In this document: positions 49,320 to 58,960 of the stretch, in pieces
Numbering within the stretch: the stretch's first letter is position 1
Layout: each line of letters begins with the position of its first letter
DNA from: an uncultured bacterium
Lineage (GTDB): Bacteria; Auribacterota; Erginobacteria; Erginobacterales; Erginobacteraceae
Length of the DNA: 64,000 nucleotides
Direction of reading: 5' to 3'
Assembly (NCBI GenBank): GCA_963822585.1
Contig: CAWGIE010000026.1
Location: 160,001-224,000 of the forward strand
Position numbers and translations under genes: made by a program
Notes under the pieces: model-generated
The model's input: the letters and a program-made list of their open reading frames with translations, nothing else
Database searches by the model: none
Told to the model about the DNA's origin: nothing

Positions 49320-49896
49320 GCCCATCGTGGCGGATATCGGGACGGGCGGTGATGACGCCGTCATTACTGAGGGGATGGTCATCGCCGGCTTTGGAGGCCA
49401 GGGAATCATGCTGGCGGGGAAGATCGCCATTCATGCCGGCCTCTCACTGGGAAGGAACGTGACTTATATCCCCTCCTATGGCGCCGAGGTCCGGGGCGGG
49501 ACCGCTCACTGTCACGTGATCATTTCCCGGCAAGAGATCGCCTCCCCCATCACCATTCATCCCGATGCCTGCCTGGTTATGAACAGCCCCTCGATGGTCA
49601 AGTTCAGCCGGCGCCTGCGGGCGGGGGGTATTCTCATCGTCAACAGTTCTCTGGTTGATGAGACATCCGACCGTGATGATATCGTTGAGATCCGGGTACC
49701 CGCCAATCAGATCGCTGAAGAACGGGGCAGTCTCAAATCGGCCAACATGGCCATGCTGGGCGCGTACATCCGCCGCTCCGCGCTGCTTACCCTGGCCTCG
49801 ATTCAGGACGCCGTGCGGAATTTTCTGCCCCCCCGCCACCGGGACCTTCTGGAGATTAACCTGAAAACGCTTCAGGATGGGTATGACCGCTCCTGA
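49312..49896 (+). CDS. 2-oxoacid:ferredoxin oxidoreductase gamma subunit
   Basis: AGFGGQG, PSYGAEVRGGTA, NMAMLGA. Confidence 0.92.
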   Translation: MDKPIVADIGTGGDDAVITEGMVIAGFGGQGIMLAGKIAIHAGLSLGRNVTYIPSYGAEVRGGTAHCHVIISRQEIASPITIHPDACLVMNSPSMVKFSRRLRAGGILIVNSSLVDETSDRDDIVEIRVPANQIAEERGSLKSANMAMLGAYIRRSALLTLASIQDAVRNFLPPRHRDLLEINLKTLQDGYDRS

Positions 49897-51283
49897 AAAT
49901 CATACCCGGGTTCGTTTCGCCCCCAGTCCCACCGGTTCCCTTCACGTCGGCGGTGTACGGACCGCGCTCTTTAACTGGCTTTTCGCGCGGGGAAAAGGCG
50001 GGGAATTCATCCTCCGCATCGAGGATACCGACCGGAAACGGTCCCGGAAAGAGCTGAGTGATGAGATCATCCGGGAGCTCGACTGGCTGGGTCTGGATTG
50101 GGATGGAGAACCCGTCTTTCAGTCGGAACGGTTTGATCTCTACCGCAGCCACGCGGAGCGGCTGTTCCGGGAAGGAAAGGCATATCGGAGCGATCCCGAT
50201 AAACCCGGGGCCGGGGCGATTATCCTCCAGGTCGCGCCGGCGGCGATCACTTTCCGCGATCTGGTGTACGGATCGATCACTGTCTCCGGGACCGAATTGA
50301 AAGATATCGTATTGCTCAAATCGGACGGTTCTCCGGCCTATAATTTCGCCTGTGCGGTCGATGATCACGAGATGGGAATCACCCATGTCATCAGGGGTGA
50401 CGATCATCTTCCCAATACCCCTAAACAGATCATCCTTTATCGCGCTCTCGAATGGTCTCTCCCCCTCTTCGCTCATCTCCCCCTCATCCTGGGGGCCGAC
50501 AAGACCCCTCTGAGCAAACGTCATGGTTCCACCTCCCTGCGCGCTTTCCGGGAAGACGGCATCCTGCCGGATGCTCTGAAGAATTACCTGGCCCTTCTCG
50601 GCTGGTCGCCCGGAGACAACCGGGAACTGTTGAGCGTCGACGATCTGCTGAAGGAATTTTCGCTGAAAAAGGTCAGCCGGAAGAGCGCGGTCTTTGACTT
50701 CCAGAAGCTTCTCTGGCTGAACGGGCAATATATCCTGCAGACGCCGGCCGCCGAGCTGGTCCGGCGGCTGCGTCCTCTTCTGGCCGGGACTGTCTGGGAG
50801 ACGGTCTCCCCGGAAAGGCTCCACACCATCGTCAAACTACTCGGCCATCGCCTGAAAAGTCTCAAGGACTTCCTCCCCCAGGCGGATTACTTTATCGGTG
50901 AGCAGATCGCGTATGATCCGGAAGCGGTGGCCCGGTACTGGACCGAAGACGGCGTGGGAACCCTCCTGGCCGAGGTCAGGGAAAGCCTCGCCGCGGTCGA
51001 GCATTTCACCGAAGAAGAACTGGAGAAAGCGCTCCGCGGCATCATCTCCCGGCGCGGGATCAAGGGAGGAACACTGATCCATCCTCTCCGGATCGCGTTG
51101 ACCGGGAGAAAGGACAGTCCGGGGATTTTTGAGATTATGGTCCTGCTGGGCCGGGAGGCGGTTTTGAAGCGACTGGATAATGCATTGACCTATCTGGAGA
51201 AAAATCAGGGGGAGATCACCGAAAAAAAATCAGAAAATCCGGAAAGCAACCGGGAGGGCATCAGGAAATCAGGGGATCAGTAG
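49877..51283 (+). CDS. gltX: Glutamate--tRNA ligase
   Basis: RFAPSPTG, HVGG, RIEDTD, HVIRGDDH, LSKRHG; anticodon-binding domain present. Confidence 0.96.
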   Translation: MGMTAPENHTRVRFAPSPTGSLHVGGVRTALFNWLFARGKGGEFILRIEDTDRKRSRKELSDEIIRELDWLGLDWDGEPVFQSERFDLYRSHAERLFREGKAYRSDPDKPGAGAIILQVAPAAITFRDLVYGSITVSGTELKDIVLLKSDGSPAYNFACAVDDHEMGITHVIRGDDHLPNTPKQIILYRALEWSLPLFAHLPLILGADKTPLSKRHGSTSLRAFREDGILPDALKNYLALLGWSPGDNRELLSVDDLLKEFSLKKVSRKSAVFDFQKLLWLNGQYILQTPAAELVRRLRPLLAGTVWETVSPERLHTIVKLLGHRLKSLKDFLPQADYFIGEQIAYDPEAVARYWTEDGVGTLLAEVRESLAAVEHFTEEELEKALRGIISRRGIKGGTLIHPLRIALTGRKDSPGIFEIMVLLGREAVLKRLDNALTYLEKNQGEITEKKSENPESNREGIRKSGDQ

Positions 51284-51385
51284 GAAGAATATCAGAATAT
51301 CAGAAGATCAGGTAAAGGAGTCTGGCCGCGCCTGATAACCTGATATACTGATATTCCACCCACTGATACTCTGATAATCTGATAT
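51229..51385. repeat. Palindrome with atcag../..ctgat arms, family E, invading the gltX 3' end
   Basis: atcagaa/atcagga units mirrored by ctgatat units; partial copy at ~55590-55625. Confidence 0.65.
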
Positions 51386-51467
51386 CCATTGTGGGGATAA
51401 TCACCCCAACCATTCGATCCCCGGACATTGCCAAAATAAATAGTTAGCGCCGAAGGCGCTAAGTTCT

Positions 51468-52043
51468 ATGAACTTGCCAAACCGGATAACCATTGCCCGC
51501 CTGGCGGTGTGCCCTTTTTTTATCGGGGCACTGCTTCTTTACGGACATTCCGGACACGAGATTTATTATGCGGTCGCGTTGAGCCTCTTCACTCTCGCCG
51601 CGGTCAGCGACGGACTCGACGGGTATCTCGCCCGGTCGCGAAACCAGCGGACCCAGCTGGGCGCTTTGCTTGATCCCCTGGCCGACAAAATACTTCTGGA
51701 CAGCACCGTTATCGTCCTCGCCGTCGGAATCGGGAACCTTTACCGGATCCCGGTCTGGTTTGTTCTGATTATTCTCTGCCGGGATTTTATTCTCCTTTTC
51801 CTCTCCCTGTGCCTCTTCCAGCGCTGGTCACGGGGCGAGGTTAAGATAACCCCGAATCTCTGGGGAAAAACGTCTGCTGTCTTGTTGATGGCCACCGTTA
51901 TCTGGATCCTTCTTCATCCTTACCGGCCGCAAACGGAGTTAATCAGGTTCTCGCTCTATGCCACCGCTCTCACCGTTGGGGTATCCGGGGTCACTTACCT
52001 GATCGGAACGCTGAAAGCAGTGCGTTTATCAAGACATCCTTAA
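51468..52043 (+). CDS. pgsA: CDP-alcohol phosphatidyltransferase (PgsA-like)
   Basis: MNLPNRIT, DGLDGYLAR...GALLDPLADK. Confidence 0.85.
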   Translation: MNLPNRITIARLAVCPFFIGALLLYGHSGHEIYYAVALSLFTLAAVSDGLDGYLARSRNQRTQLGALLDPLADKILLDSTVIVLAVGIGNLYRIPVWFVLIILCRDFILLFLSLCLFQRWSRGEVKITPNLWGKTSAVLLMATVIWILLHPYRPQTELIRFSLYATALTVGVSGVTYLIGTLKAVRLSRHP

Positions 52044-52106
52044 AATGGTTCTCTTCCGTTTCATATACCGCAATCTTTTCACTATAATTCTCTGAGCGAA
52101 TTAACG

Positions 52107-53432
52107 ATGTCACCCTCTGAATATACTACTCCTCCTCTGGTCGCCATCGTCGGGCGCCCCAATGTCGGAAAGTCGACCCTTTTCAACCGCCTGGTCGGAC
52201 ATCGGATCGCGGTCGTCCATAGCGAAGCCGGGACCACCCGCGACCGGATTCAGGGAGATGTCTGCTGGGATGATACCTGTTTTCAACTGGTAGATACCGG
52301 GGGGCTTCTCCCCGGGGTTCGTCAGGGATTGGACCAGAAGGTCGCCGAGCAGGTAGAAATGGCGATCCGGGAAGCGGCCGTGTGCCTGCTGGTGGTTGAT
52401 ATCCAGGAGGGTCTCACTCCACTGGATGAAGCGGTAGGAATGATTCTCCGCCGGCAGGGCAGGAAAGTTATCCTGGTGGCAAATAAAGCCGACAATCAAG
52501 ATCTGGAGTTGGGCGCCGGGGAATTCATGAAACTCGGCTTCGAACGCTGTCTCCCCGTCTCCGCCATGCATGGTCTCGGCGTCAACGACATTTTGGATGC
52601 CATCGTTGCCGCCGTCGAGCGGTATCCACTGTCGGCCGGGCGGGAGGGCACCTCTCTCGCTATCGTCGGACGCCCCAACGTCGGCAAATCGACCCTTTTC
52701 AACCGCCTGCTCGGTACGGACCGGGTGGTGGTGGATGACCGCCCGGGAACGACCCGGGACGCTGTCGACGCGGGTTTTCAATGGGAGGGGCAGGAATTCA
52801 GGGTGGTCGATACCGCCGGTCTGCTGCGCCACAACGACTCCCGCTCGGCTCTGGACTTTTTCAGCCTCAGTCGAACCCGGCGAGGCATAAAAAGTTCCGA
52901 TGTCACTCTGCTCCTCCTGGAAACACCGCACCCCCCGACCCGTACCGACGCCAACTTCGTCAAACTGGCGCTGGACTCCGGGAAAGGGTGCATCCTGGGC
53001 GTGAATAAATGGGATCTGGCCGGTTTCCTCTCCCGGAAGAAATATCGGGAAACCGTCCGGAACCAGTTGCCCTTCGCCGGTTTTTTGCCGATCGTCTTTT
53101 TCTCCGCCCGAGACGGGAAGGGGATCGAGGATTTGATGGGAACGGTTATGCAGGTGGCGGGGTTACGGCAAAAAACCGTCAGTACCGCTCTGCTGAACCG
53201 GGTACTCCAGCAGGCCCAGGAACAGGTCCCGGCCCGAAGGAGGAAACATACCAGTTTGAAGATTTATTATGCCGCCCAGACCGGTACGGCGCCTCCCTCA
53301 TTCCGGCTTTTTGTCAACGATCCTCGCCTGCTCTCGAGTAATTATGAGAATTATCTCGAAAACGCGGTACGCCGGGCCTTCGGTTTTGAGGGGGTTCCTC
53401 TCCGTTTCTCCCTGAAGAGGAGACGCCATTAA
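52107..53432 (+). CDS. der: Ribosome biogenesis GTPase Der
   Basis: Two GRPNVGKS / GTTRD / DT.G G-domains; C-terminal KH-like domain. Confidence 0.96.
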   Translation: MSPSEYTTPPLVAIVGRPNVGKSTLFNRLVGHRIAVVHSEAGTTRDRIQGDVCWDDTCFQLVDTGGLLPGVRQGLDQKVAEQVEMAIREAAVCLLVVDIQEGLTPLDEAVGMILRRQGRKVILVANKADNQDLELGAGEFMKLGFERCLPVSAMHGLGVNDILDAIVAAVERYPLSAGREGTSLAIVGRPNVGKSTLFNRLLGTDRVVVDDRPGTTRDAVDAGFQWEGQEFRVVDTAGLLRHNDSRSALDFFSLSRTRRGIKSSDVTLLLLETPHPPTRTDANFVKLALDSGKGCILGVNKWDLAGFLSRKKYRETVRNQLPFAGFLPIVFFSARDGKGIEDLMGTVMQVAGLRQKTVSTALLNRVLQQAQEQVPARRRKHTSLKIYYAAQTGTAPPSFRLFVNDPRLLSSNYENYLENAVRRAFGFEGVPLRFSLKRRRH

Positions 53433-53478
53433 CCTGGATCATTCATGAAAATTGAAAATTTTCATGAATGATCCGGAT
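53433..53478. repeat. AT-rich palindrome ttcatgaaaattgaaaattttcatgaa
   Basis: Identical core at ~58791-58817 and ~63686-63712; half copy at ~24748. Confidence 0.8.
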
Positions 53479-53752
53479 TACTAATTGTCGTTCAAAGTAT
53501 TATGAATAGCAATCTTGTTTATACGGCGACAATACTCTGCTTTTTCTTTTCCTAAAGGGAGACATGTTATTCTTCATGTTAACGCGGCCGGCAGAAGTAG
53601 CTCTTTGGCTGTAATTCGTTGCCGGAGAATTTGATAAAATCAATATCTTTTCGCTTGGCTGTTCAGATAAGCTTGGTCATGGTTCAAAACTAACCCGATT
53701 TATGAATAAATCGGATTAACCCTGTTGCCATTTGGGAGAATCCCGGATTGTC

Positions 53753-53781
53753 TTGCCAATTCGAAGGTTCCCGGCTATTAT
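53753..53781 (+). promoter_or_regulatory. Sigma70-type promoter for add
   Basis: TTGCCA-17 nt-TATTAT. Confidence 0.55.
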
Positions 53782-53837
53782 GTATAAACCGCGTTGTTTA
53801 TGTTTTTCGATAAAATTTTTCGGAGAAAAATTTTAAC

Positions 53838-54920
53838 ATGAAGATCAGCGAAGAATTTATCCGCCTGCTTCCCAAAACCGACCTCCATGTCCATCTCGAC
53901 GGTTCACTTCGGATGGCAACCCTACTGGAACTGGCCGGAGAACAAGCGGCCACCGGCGGCCACAAGCATTTCACCCCCACGGAGATAGAAAAAACCCTGC
54001 TCCCGGGAAAAATACACGGGAGCCTGGAAGAATATCTGAAAGACTTTGAGATCACCCTTTCCGTGATGCAGACCCGCGACGCTTTGATGCGTATCGCCTA
54101 TGAACTGGCCGAGGACTGCGCGGCTGAAAATGTCAAATATGTCGAGGTGCGCTTCTCGCCCATCCTGCATACCCGGGATGGGCTTTCAATGCCGGACATT
54201 ATCGAGAGCGTTATCGTCGGTCTCAAGAAAGCGGAGCGTGATTTCGAGATCCTGACCGGGATTATCATCTGCGGGATCCGCAACATGGACCCGGAACTCT
54301 CTTACGATCTGGCGGAACTGGCGGTGGCCTACAAACACCGGGGGGTGGTGGGATTCGACCTGGCCGGCGAGGAGAAGGATTTTCCCGCCAAGGATCACCT
54401 GGAAGCGTTCTATCTGATAATAAATAACAATGTCAATTCCACCGTCCACGCGGGGGAAGCCTTCGGGCCGAAAAGTATCGCCCAGGCGCTTCATTATTGC
54501 GGGGCGAACCGGATCGGTCACGGCACCCGGCTCCGCGAAGATCCCGATCTTCTCAATTATGTCACCGACCACCGTATCCCCCTGGAGATCTGTCTTACCA
54601 GCAATGTCCAGACCGGGATCGTTAAAACGATCCACGATCACCCTTTCGAATTTTATTATGATTACGGCGTGCGGGTAACGCTCAATACCGATAACCGCCT
54701 GATGTCGAACACTTCAATGACCCGGGAACTCCACCTGGCCGTCACCAACTTTTCTCTCTCCCCGTTCAATCTCCGGGATATCCTGATCAACGGCTTCAAG
54801 AGCGCTTTTCTGCCCTACAACGAGAAGGTGAGGCTGGTTAAATCGTCGCTGGCCGAGATCGATTACCTGACCAGGTTGGAGTTCCCCGATTATCCGGGCC
54901 CCCAGCAGGTGCATACGTGA
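53838..54920 (+). CDS. add: Adenosine deaminase
   Basis: LPKTDLHVHLDGS, EVRFSP, GFDLAG, VHAGE, RIGHG, NTDN. Confidence 0.92.
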   Translation: MKISEEFIRLLPKTDLHVHLDGSLRMATLLELAGEQAATGGHKHFTPTEIEKTLLPGKIHGSLEEYLKDFEITLSVMQTRDALMRIAYELAEDCAAENVKYVEVRFSPILHTRDGLSMPDIIESVIVGLKKAERDFEILTGIIICGIRNMDPELSYDLAELAVAYKHRGVVGFDLAGEEKDFPAKDHLEAFYLIINNNVNSTVHAGEAFGPKSIAQALHYCGANRIGHGTRLREDPDLLNYVTDHRIPLEICLTSNVQTGIVKTIHDHPFEFYYDYGVRVTLNTDNRLMSNTSMTRELHLAVTNFSLSPFNLRDILINGFKSAFLPYNEKVRLVKSSLAEIDYLTRLEFPDYPGPQQVHT

Positions 54921-55151
54921 GGGATATTGCTGGTGGTTATCTTTTGCATTAAATCAACGCTATCTTTAAGAATATGGGAAAGCATAAAAGGAGTGATGGG
55001 GTGATGGAATGGTGGAGTGGTGGAGGATCGGCCCGGGCCGGGAATTCCAATACTCCAACACTCCAGTACTCCAATACTCCCGTCTGGTTATTAATATAGT
55101 ATGGCTGGCACACCGGCCGGGATATTATTCTAACGATATAAGGAGTTTCCC

Positions 55152-55532
55152 TTGTTCACCATCGGCGTACGGGAAGAATTCAGCGCGGCACATTTCCACA
55201 GCGGCGCCGCCGAACGCTGCCGGCGCATCCATGGTCATAACTACCGGGTGGAAGCGGAGATCGGGTCGCGGCGGCTGCGAAAGAATATGGTTATCGACTT
55301 CGGAGAAGCCCGGCGGGCGCTCAAAACCGCCCTCGCCCCCTGGGATCACCGGGTCCTGAACGAGGTTAAAGATTTTGCCGAGCACGAGCCGACCACGGAA
55401 AATATCAGCCGTCTCCTGTTTGAGAAGATGGCCGGACAATTCCCGGGGCCCGGAACCCTTCGGAAAATCACGGTCTGGGAGACCGATGACTGCTGGGCCA
55501 GTTACGGGGAAGAGGAGGGGATGGGAGGTTAG
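55152..55532 (+). CDS. queD: 6-carboxy-5,6,7,8-tetrahydropterin synthase
   Basis: FSAAH, C..IHGHNY, IDF, DH..LN, PTTEN, VWET; AGGAG RBS with TTG start. Confidence 0.9.
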   Translation: MFTIGVREEFSAAHFHSGAAERCRRIHGHNYRVEAEIGSRRLRKNMVIDFGEARRALKTALAPWDHRVLNEVKDFAEHEPTTENISRLLFEKMAGQFPGPGTLRKITVWETDDCWASYGEEEGMGG

Positions 55533-55688
55533 CGGGAGTTCCGAGAAACCGGCAGGGGGCAGTCTTGTCCTGATAATCCGCTATCCTGCTATTCTTCCCC
55601 CTGATATACTGATAACCTGATATCCAGTAAGAGAAGCGGGGAACCTATTCGCTGCCTCTCCAATCATCATAAAAATGTGGGAGATATC

Positions 55689-56306
55689 ATGTCTGCCAAT
55701 AAGATCCACTGGCTGGGGCACGCCTCCATTCGAATTGAGGGAGAGAAGATTATCTATATCGACCCCTGGCATTTAACCACGGATCAGCCGAAAGCGGACA
55801 TTATTCTTATTACGCACAGTCACAACGATCATTGTTCAAAAATAGATGTGGCCCTGATCGCCCGGGAGAATACGGTGATTCTGGCCCCACCGGATTGCGG
55901 GAAAGCCCTCCCCCCCGGCTTCCGGCCCATCGGCCCCGGCCGGGAAATAACACTGGGCAACGTCGTGATCAGGACCGTTCCCGCGTATAATATCGGCAAA
56001 TCTTTCCATCCCCGGGAGAACGCCTGGGTAGGATATATTATCGAGATGGGGGGGGAACGAATTTACTTCACCGGTGACACCGACTATATCCCCGAGATGG
56101 ACGACATCGTTGTTGATATCCTTATTATCCCGGTAGGGGGTACGTACACGATGACTTCCGGGGAAGCGGCCCGAGCGGCCAACCGGATGAAACCCCGGCT
56201 CGCTATCCCTGTTCATTTCGGCAGCGAAGTCGGGACGCGCCTGGACGCGGATACCTTCCAGAGACTAGCGGAGGTACCGGTGGAAATTTTGCCGGAAGAA
56301 AAATAG
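55689..56306 (+). CDS. MBL-fold metallo-hydrolase (UlaG/Lactamase_B_3-like)
   Basis: WLGHAS, YIDP, THSHNDH, VPAYN, TGDTD, GGTYTM, IPVH. Confidence 0.88.
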   Translation: MSANKIHWLGHASIRIEGEKIIYIDPWHLTTDQPKADIILITHSHNDHCSKIDVALIARENTVILAPPDCGKALPPGFRPIGPGREITLGNVVIRTVPAYNIGKSFHPRENAWVGYIIEMGGERIYFTGDTDYIPEMDDIVVDILIIPVGGTYTMTSGEAARAANRMKPRLAIPVHFGSEVGTRLDADTFQRLAEVPVEILPEEK

Positions 56307-56368
56307 CATCGTTGTGCTGGTCCATTTTTCCGTAGATCAGCCAGATTTCTTAAAAAAGGAGCCGGGGA

Positions 56369-57577
56369 ATGAATATCCGAATACTGGGAGTTATCATATC
56401 TATCTTTCTCTTTGCCGGGCCGGTTGTCGCCGCCGGAACGGAAACCGCCGATGCCGCCCGTATCCAGAGACTGATCGATGGGCTGAAGGGGTGGAATCGA
56501 GACGCGATCCAGGCCAACGCCGATTCTTTGCTCAAAATCGGAGAACCGGCGGTTCCCTATCTGATCAAGGCGTTGAAAAACGATGACCCCGGTATCCGGG
56601 GCGGAGCGGCCCGGCTGCTGGGCGAGATCGAGGCGGAGGAGGCCGTCATCCCCCTGGGAGAACTCCTGGGCGACCCCAAAACCTGGGTCACCAGGAGCGC
56701 GGTCTTTTCCCTGGGAAAGATCGGGAGCCCGGCGGCTCTCCCGCTTCTGAAGAAAGCATTGGGGCATTTTGATCCGAAAGTACAGGAAGCCGCCCTGATC
56801 GGCCTCGATGAACTCCAGGATCAGTCGGTTATGCCGGAGATAGCGGCCCTGATGGTCTCCTCAAACGATCAGTACATCCGATGGCAGGCCATGCTGGTCC
56901 TGCAGAGCATGAAGGAGGGGAGCGAGATCACGGCCTTGCTGGCCGTCCTCAACGATCCGAAGGCGACCGGCGAGAGCAGGCGGAACGCGGCGGCCATCCT
57001 GGGGGAATTGAAAGTCGCCTCAGCGGTCCCGGATCTGCTTAAAGCCGTCGACGCGAAAGACGCCGGGCTCAGATGGCGGGCGATCGAAGCCCTCGGAAAA
57101 ATCGGGGCACAACAGGCACGCCCGGCCATTGAAGCCAAGCTGGCCGATCCCGACCGTGATGTGCAGATGTTCGCGATCGGCGCCCTGGGGAGACTGGGCT
57201 CGGAAGAGAGCCTCCCGGCGCTGCAGAAGATGCTCTCCTCGACATCTGCGGACGTTCGTAAAAATACCATCCGCTCCCTGGGGAGAATCGGGGGAACGGA
57301 AGCGGCGAAGGCGATCAGGGGGACTCTCTCCGATCGGGATATGTACGTCCGGGTGATGGCGGTCGAAACGCTGGTAGACTTGAACGATACCGGCGCGGCG
57401 GAAGAGATCAAGCTGCTGGCGTCCGATCAATCGCCCTCCGTGCGCAGTTCCGTCATGTATGCCCTGGGCAGACTGGGAGGGCCGGACGTGGAGGAGGTCT
57501 TGAAGGCGGGAACAACCGATAAAAATCCCTGGGTCAAACAGGAAGCGGAAAAAGCGTTAAAAAAGCTCGCGCCCTGA
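56369..57577 (+). CDS. Exported HEAT/PBS-lyase repeat protein
   Basis: Signal peptide; repeated L.D....VR..A...LG.IG motifs. Confidence 0.85.
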   Translation: MNIRILGVIISIFLFAGPVVAAGTETADAARIQRLIDGLKGWNRDAIQANADSLLKIGEPAVPYLIKALKNDDPGIRGGAARLLGEIEAEEAVIPLGELLGDPKTWVTRSAVFSLGKIGSPAALPLLKKALGHFDPKVQEAALIGLDELQDQSVMPEIAALMVSSNDQYIRWQAMLVLQSMKEGSEITALLAVLNDPKATGESRRNAAAILGELKVASAVPDLLKAVDAKDAGLRWRAIEALGKIGAQQARPAIEAKLADPDRDVQMFAIGALGRLGSEESLPALQKMLSSTSADVRKNTIRSLGRIGGTEAAKAIRGTLSDRDMYVRVMAVETLVDLNDTGAAEEIKLLASDQSPSVRSSVMYALGRLGGPDVEEVLKAGTTDKNPWVKQEAEKALKKLAP

Positions 57578-57704
57578 CCGGAGGCCAGGAACCGAGAGGG
57601 GAGGGGGTCGTTTAATGATCAAATCGAGATCGCGGTGGAGGCCGCGCGGATTTAATCAAACCTGAGCCAACCGGCGGAATTTATGTAGAGATACTATTTT
57701 TTAC

Positions 57705-57733
57705 TTGCCGGGAAGAACTGATTTTGATATATT
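57705..57733 (+). promoter_or_regulatory. Sigma70-type promoter for csp
   Basis: TTGCCG-17 nt-TATATT. Confidence 0.55.
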
Positions 57734-57786
57734 GATCCCAAAGTTGGTTAAAATGTGTCTTTATGTGTACCGTGTAACCGTTGATG

Positions 57787-57826
57787 AAAAACCACAAAGG
57801 CCGTGACAACTTTGTGGTTTTTTTTT
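57787..57826 (+). terminator. Terminator-like hairpin inside the csp leader
   Basis: aaaaaccacaaag-loop-ctttgtgg followed by T9. Confidence 0.65.
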
Positions 57827-57857
57827 CAACAATCTTTATGAAAGGAGGAGTAGTTGA

Positions 57858-58061
57858 GTGAAAGGGAAAGTAAAATGGTTTAACGACCGCAAGGGATATG
57901 GCTTTATCGAGAAAGAAGACGGTCATGGGGATGTTTTTGTCCACCACACCGCCATTAACACGGATGGATTCAGGACTCTCGCCGAAGGACAGGAAGTAGA
58001 GTTCGAGGTTATCCAGGATCAGAGAGGAGAAAAAGCCATCAACGTTTCGCCGATTTCGTAA
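57858..58061 (+). CDS. csp: Cold-shock protein
   Basis: GKVKWFN..KGYGFI, DVFVHH, GFRTL.EGQ.VEF; AGGAGG RBS. Confidence 0.96.
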   Translation: MKGKVKWFNDRKGYGFIEKEDGHGDVFVHHTAINTDGFRTLAEGQEVEFEVIQDQRGEKAINVSPIS

Positions 58062-58087
58062 ACATCGGATGAATTGAGGTTAACTGA

Positions 58088-58135
58088 AGAGGGCGTGAGT
58101 TCAGGCTGTTTGGCACTGAATTCACGCCCTTTTTC
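58088..58135 (+). terminator. Intrinsic terminator after csp
   Basis: agggcgtgagttcag...ctgaattcacgccct plus T-tract. Confidence 0.7.
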
Positions 58136-58363
58136 TATTTAGCTCCGTCAGATCAGACAGATAGCAGTCCCGGATAGCGCCAAAACCCTGACCAGAAAAA
58201 ACGGGAGTACTGGAATAGTGGAGTGTTGGAGTAATGCAGGCCCCGATCTCGGTCCCTCCGGCCCATTCCATTACTCCAATACCCCATCACTCCATCTGAG
58301 AAAATGTAGTGTGACGGGATAGAAAATTGATTGCGGCCTTGGCAACAGGCTGAAATTCACCTG

Positions 58364-58693
58364 TCAGTCCATCGTCATCGGGTCCATTCCCATCGAGGGC
58401 GCCGTCTCCGGGTCCATTGTCTGCGGTGCCATCGTCTGCGGGGACATCGTATCGGGGGACATCGTATCGGGGGACATCGTATCGGGGTCCATCGTATCGG
58501 GGTCCATCGTATCGGGAGCCATCGTGTCGGGGGACATCGTGTCGGGAGCCATTTTGTCCGGGGCTATGGTCATCCGGTCCATGGGCATATCGCCGGCGGA
58601 CGGAACCGGGGTGGGGGGAAGGGGTTGTGGGAACGAAGGGCCGGCCGCGGAAACGAAGAAGATGAAGAGAACCGTTGCCGCCGCTGTTTTCAT
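58364..58693 (-). CDS. Small exported Met-rich pentapeptide-repeat protein (PDTMx)n
   Basis: Signal-like N-terminus; ~10 x 15-bp repeats encoding PDTM[S/A/D]. Confidence 0.7.
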   Translation of the reverse strand: MKTAAATVLFIFFVSAAGPSFPQPLPPTPVPSAGDMPMDRMTIAPDKMAPDTMSPDTMAPDTMDPDTMDPDTMSPDTMSPDTMSPQTMAPQTMDPETAPSMGMDPMTMD

Positions 58694-58960
58694 GGGAATA
58701 TACTACCACGGTACCGGCTCGAGGGACAATAGTATTCTCCCGCGGTTCATCTCCACCGTCGGCAGTATGAATCGGGTTAACCTGAGATTATTCATGAAAA
58801 TTGAAAATTTTCATGAATAATCCAGATGAAAAAAGCCTGCCAATTCCAATCACCTGTGGTACAGTACGTGAAGAGAACATGAGCGCCCCCGGCGCACTGG
58901 AAATAAAAGGCACTGAGTTATATTTATGAGGAGCCGGTCCGAGGGAGGAAATAGTTAACG

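Noticed and set aside
58331..58732. HRIGG-repeat ORF and other frames over the 15-bp repeat
   Set aside because: Alternative frames; only the minus-strand PDTM frame has a signal-peptide-like start
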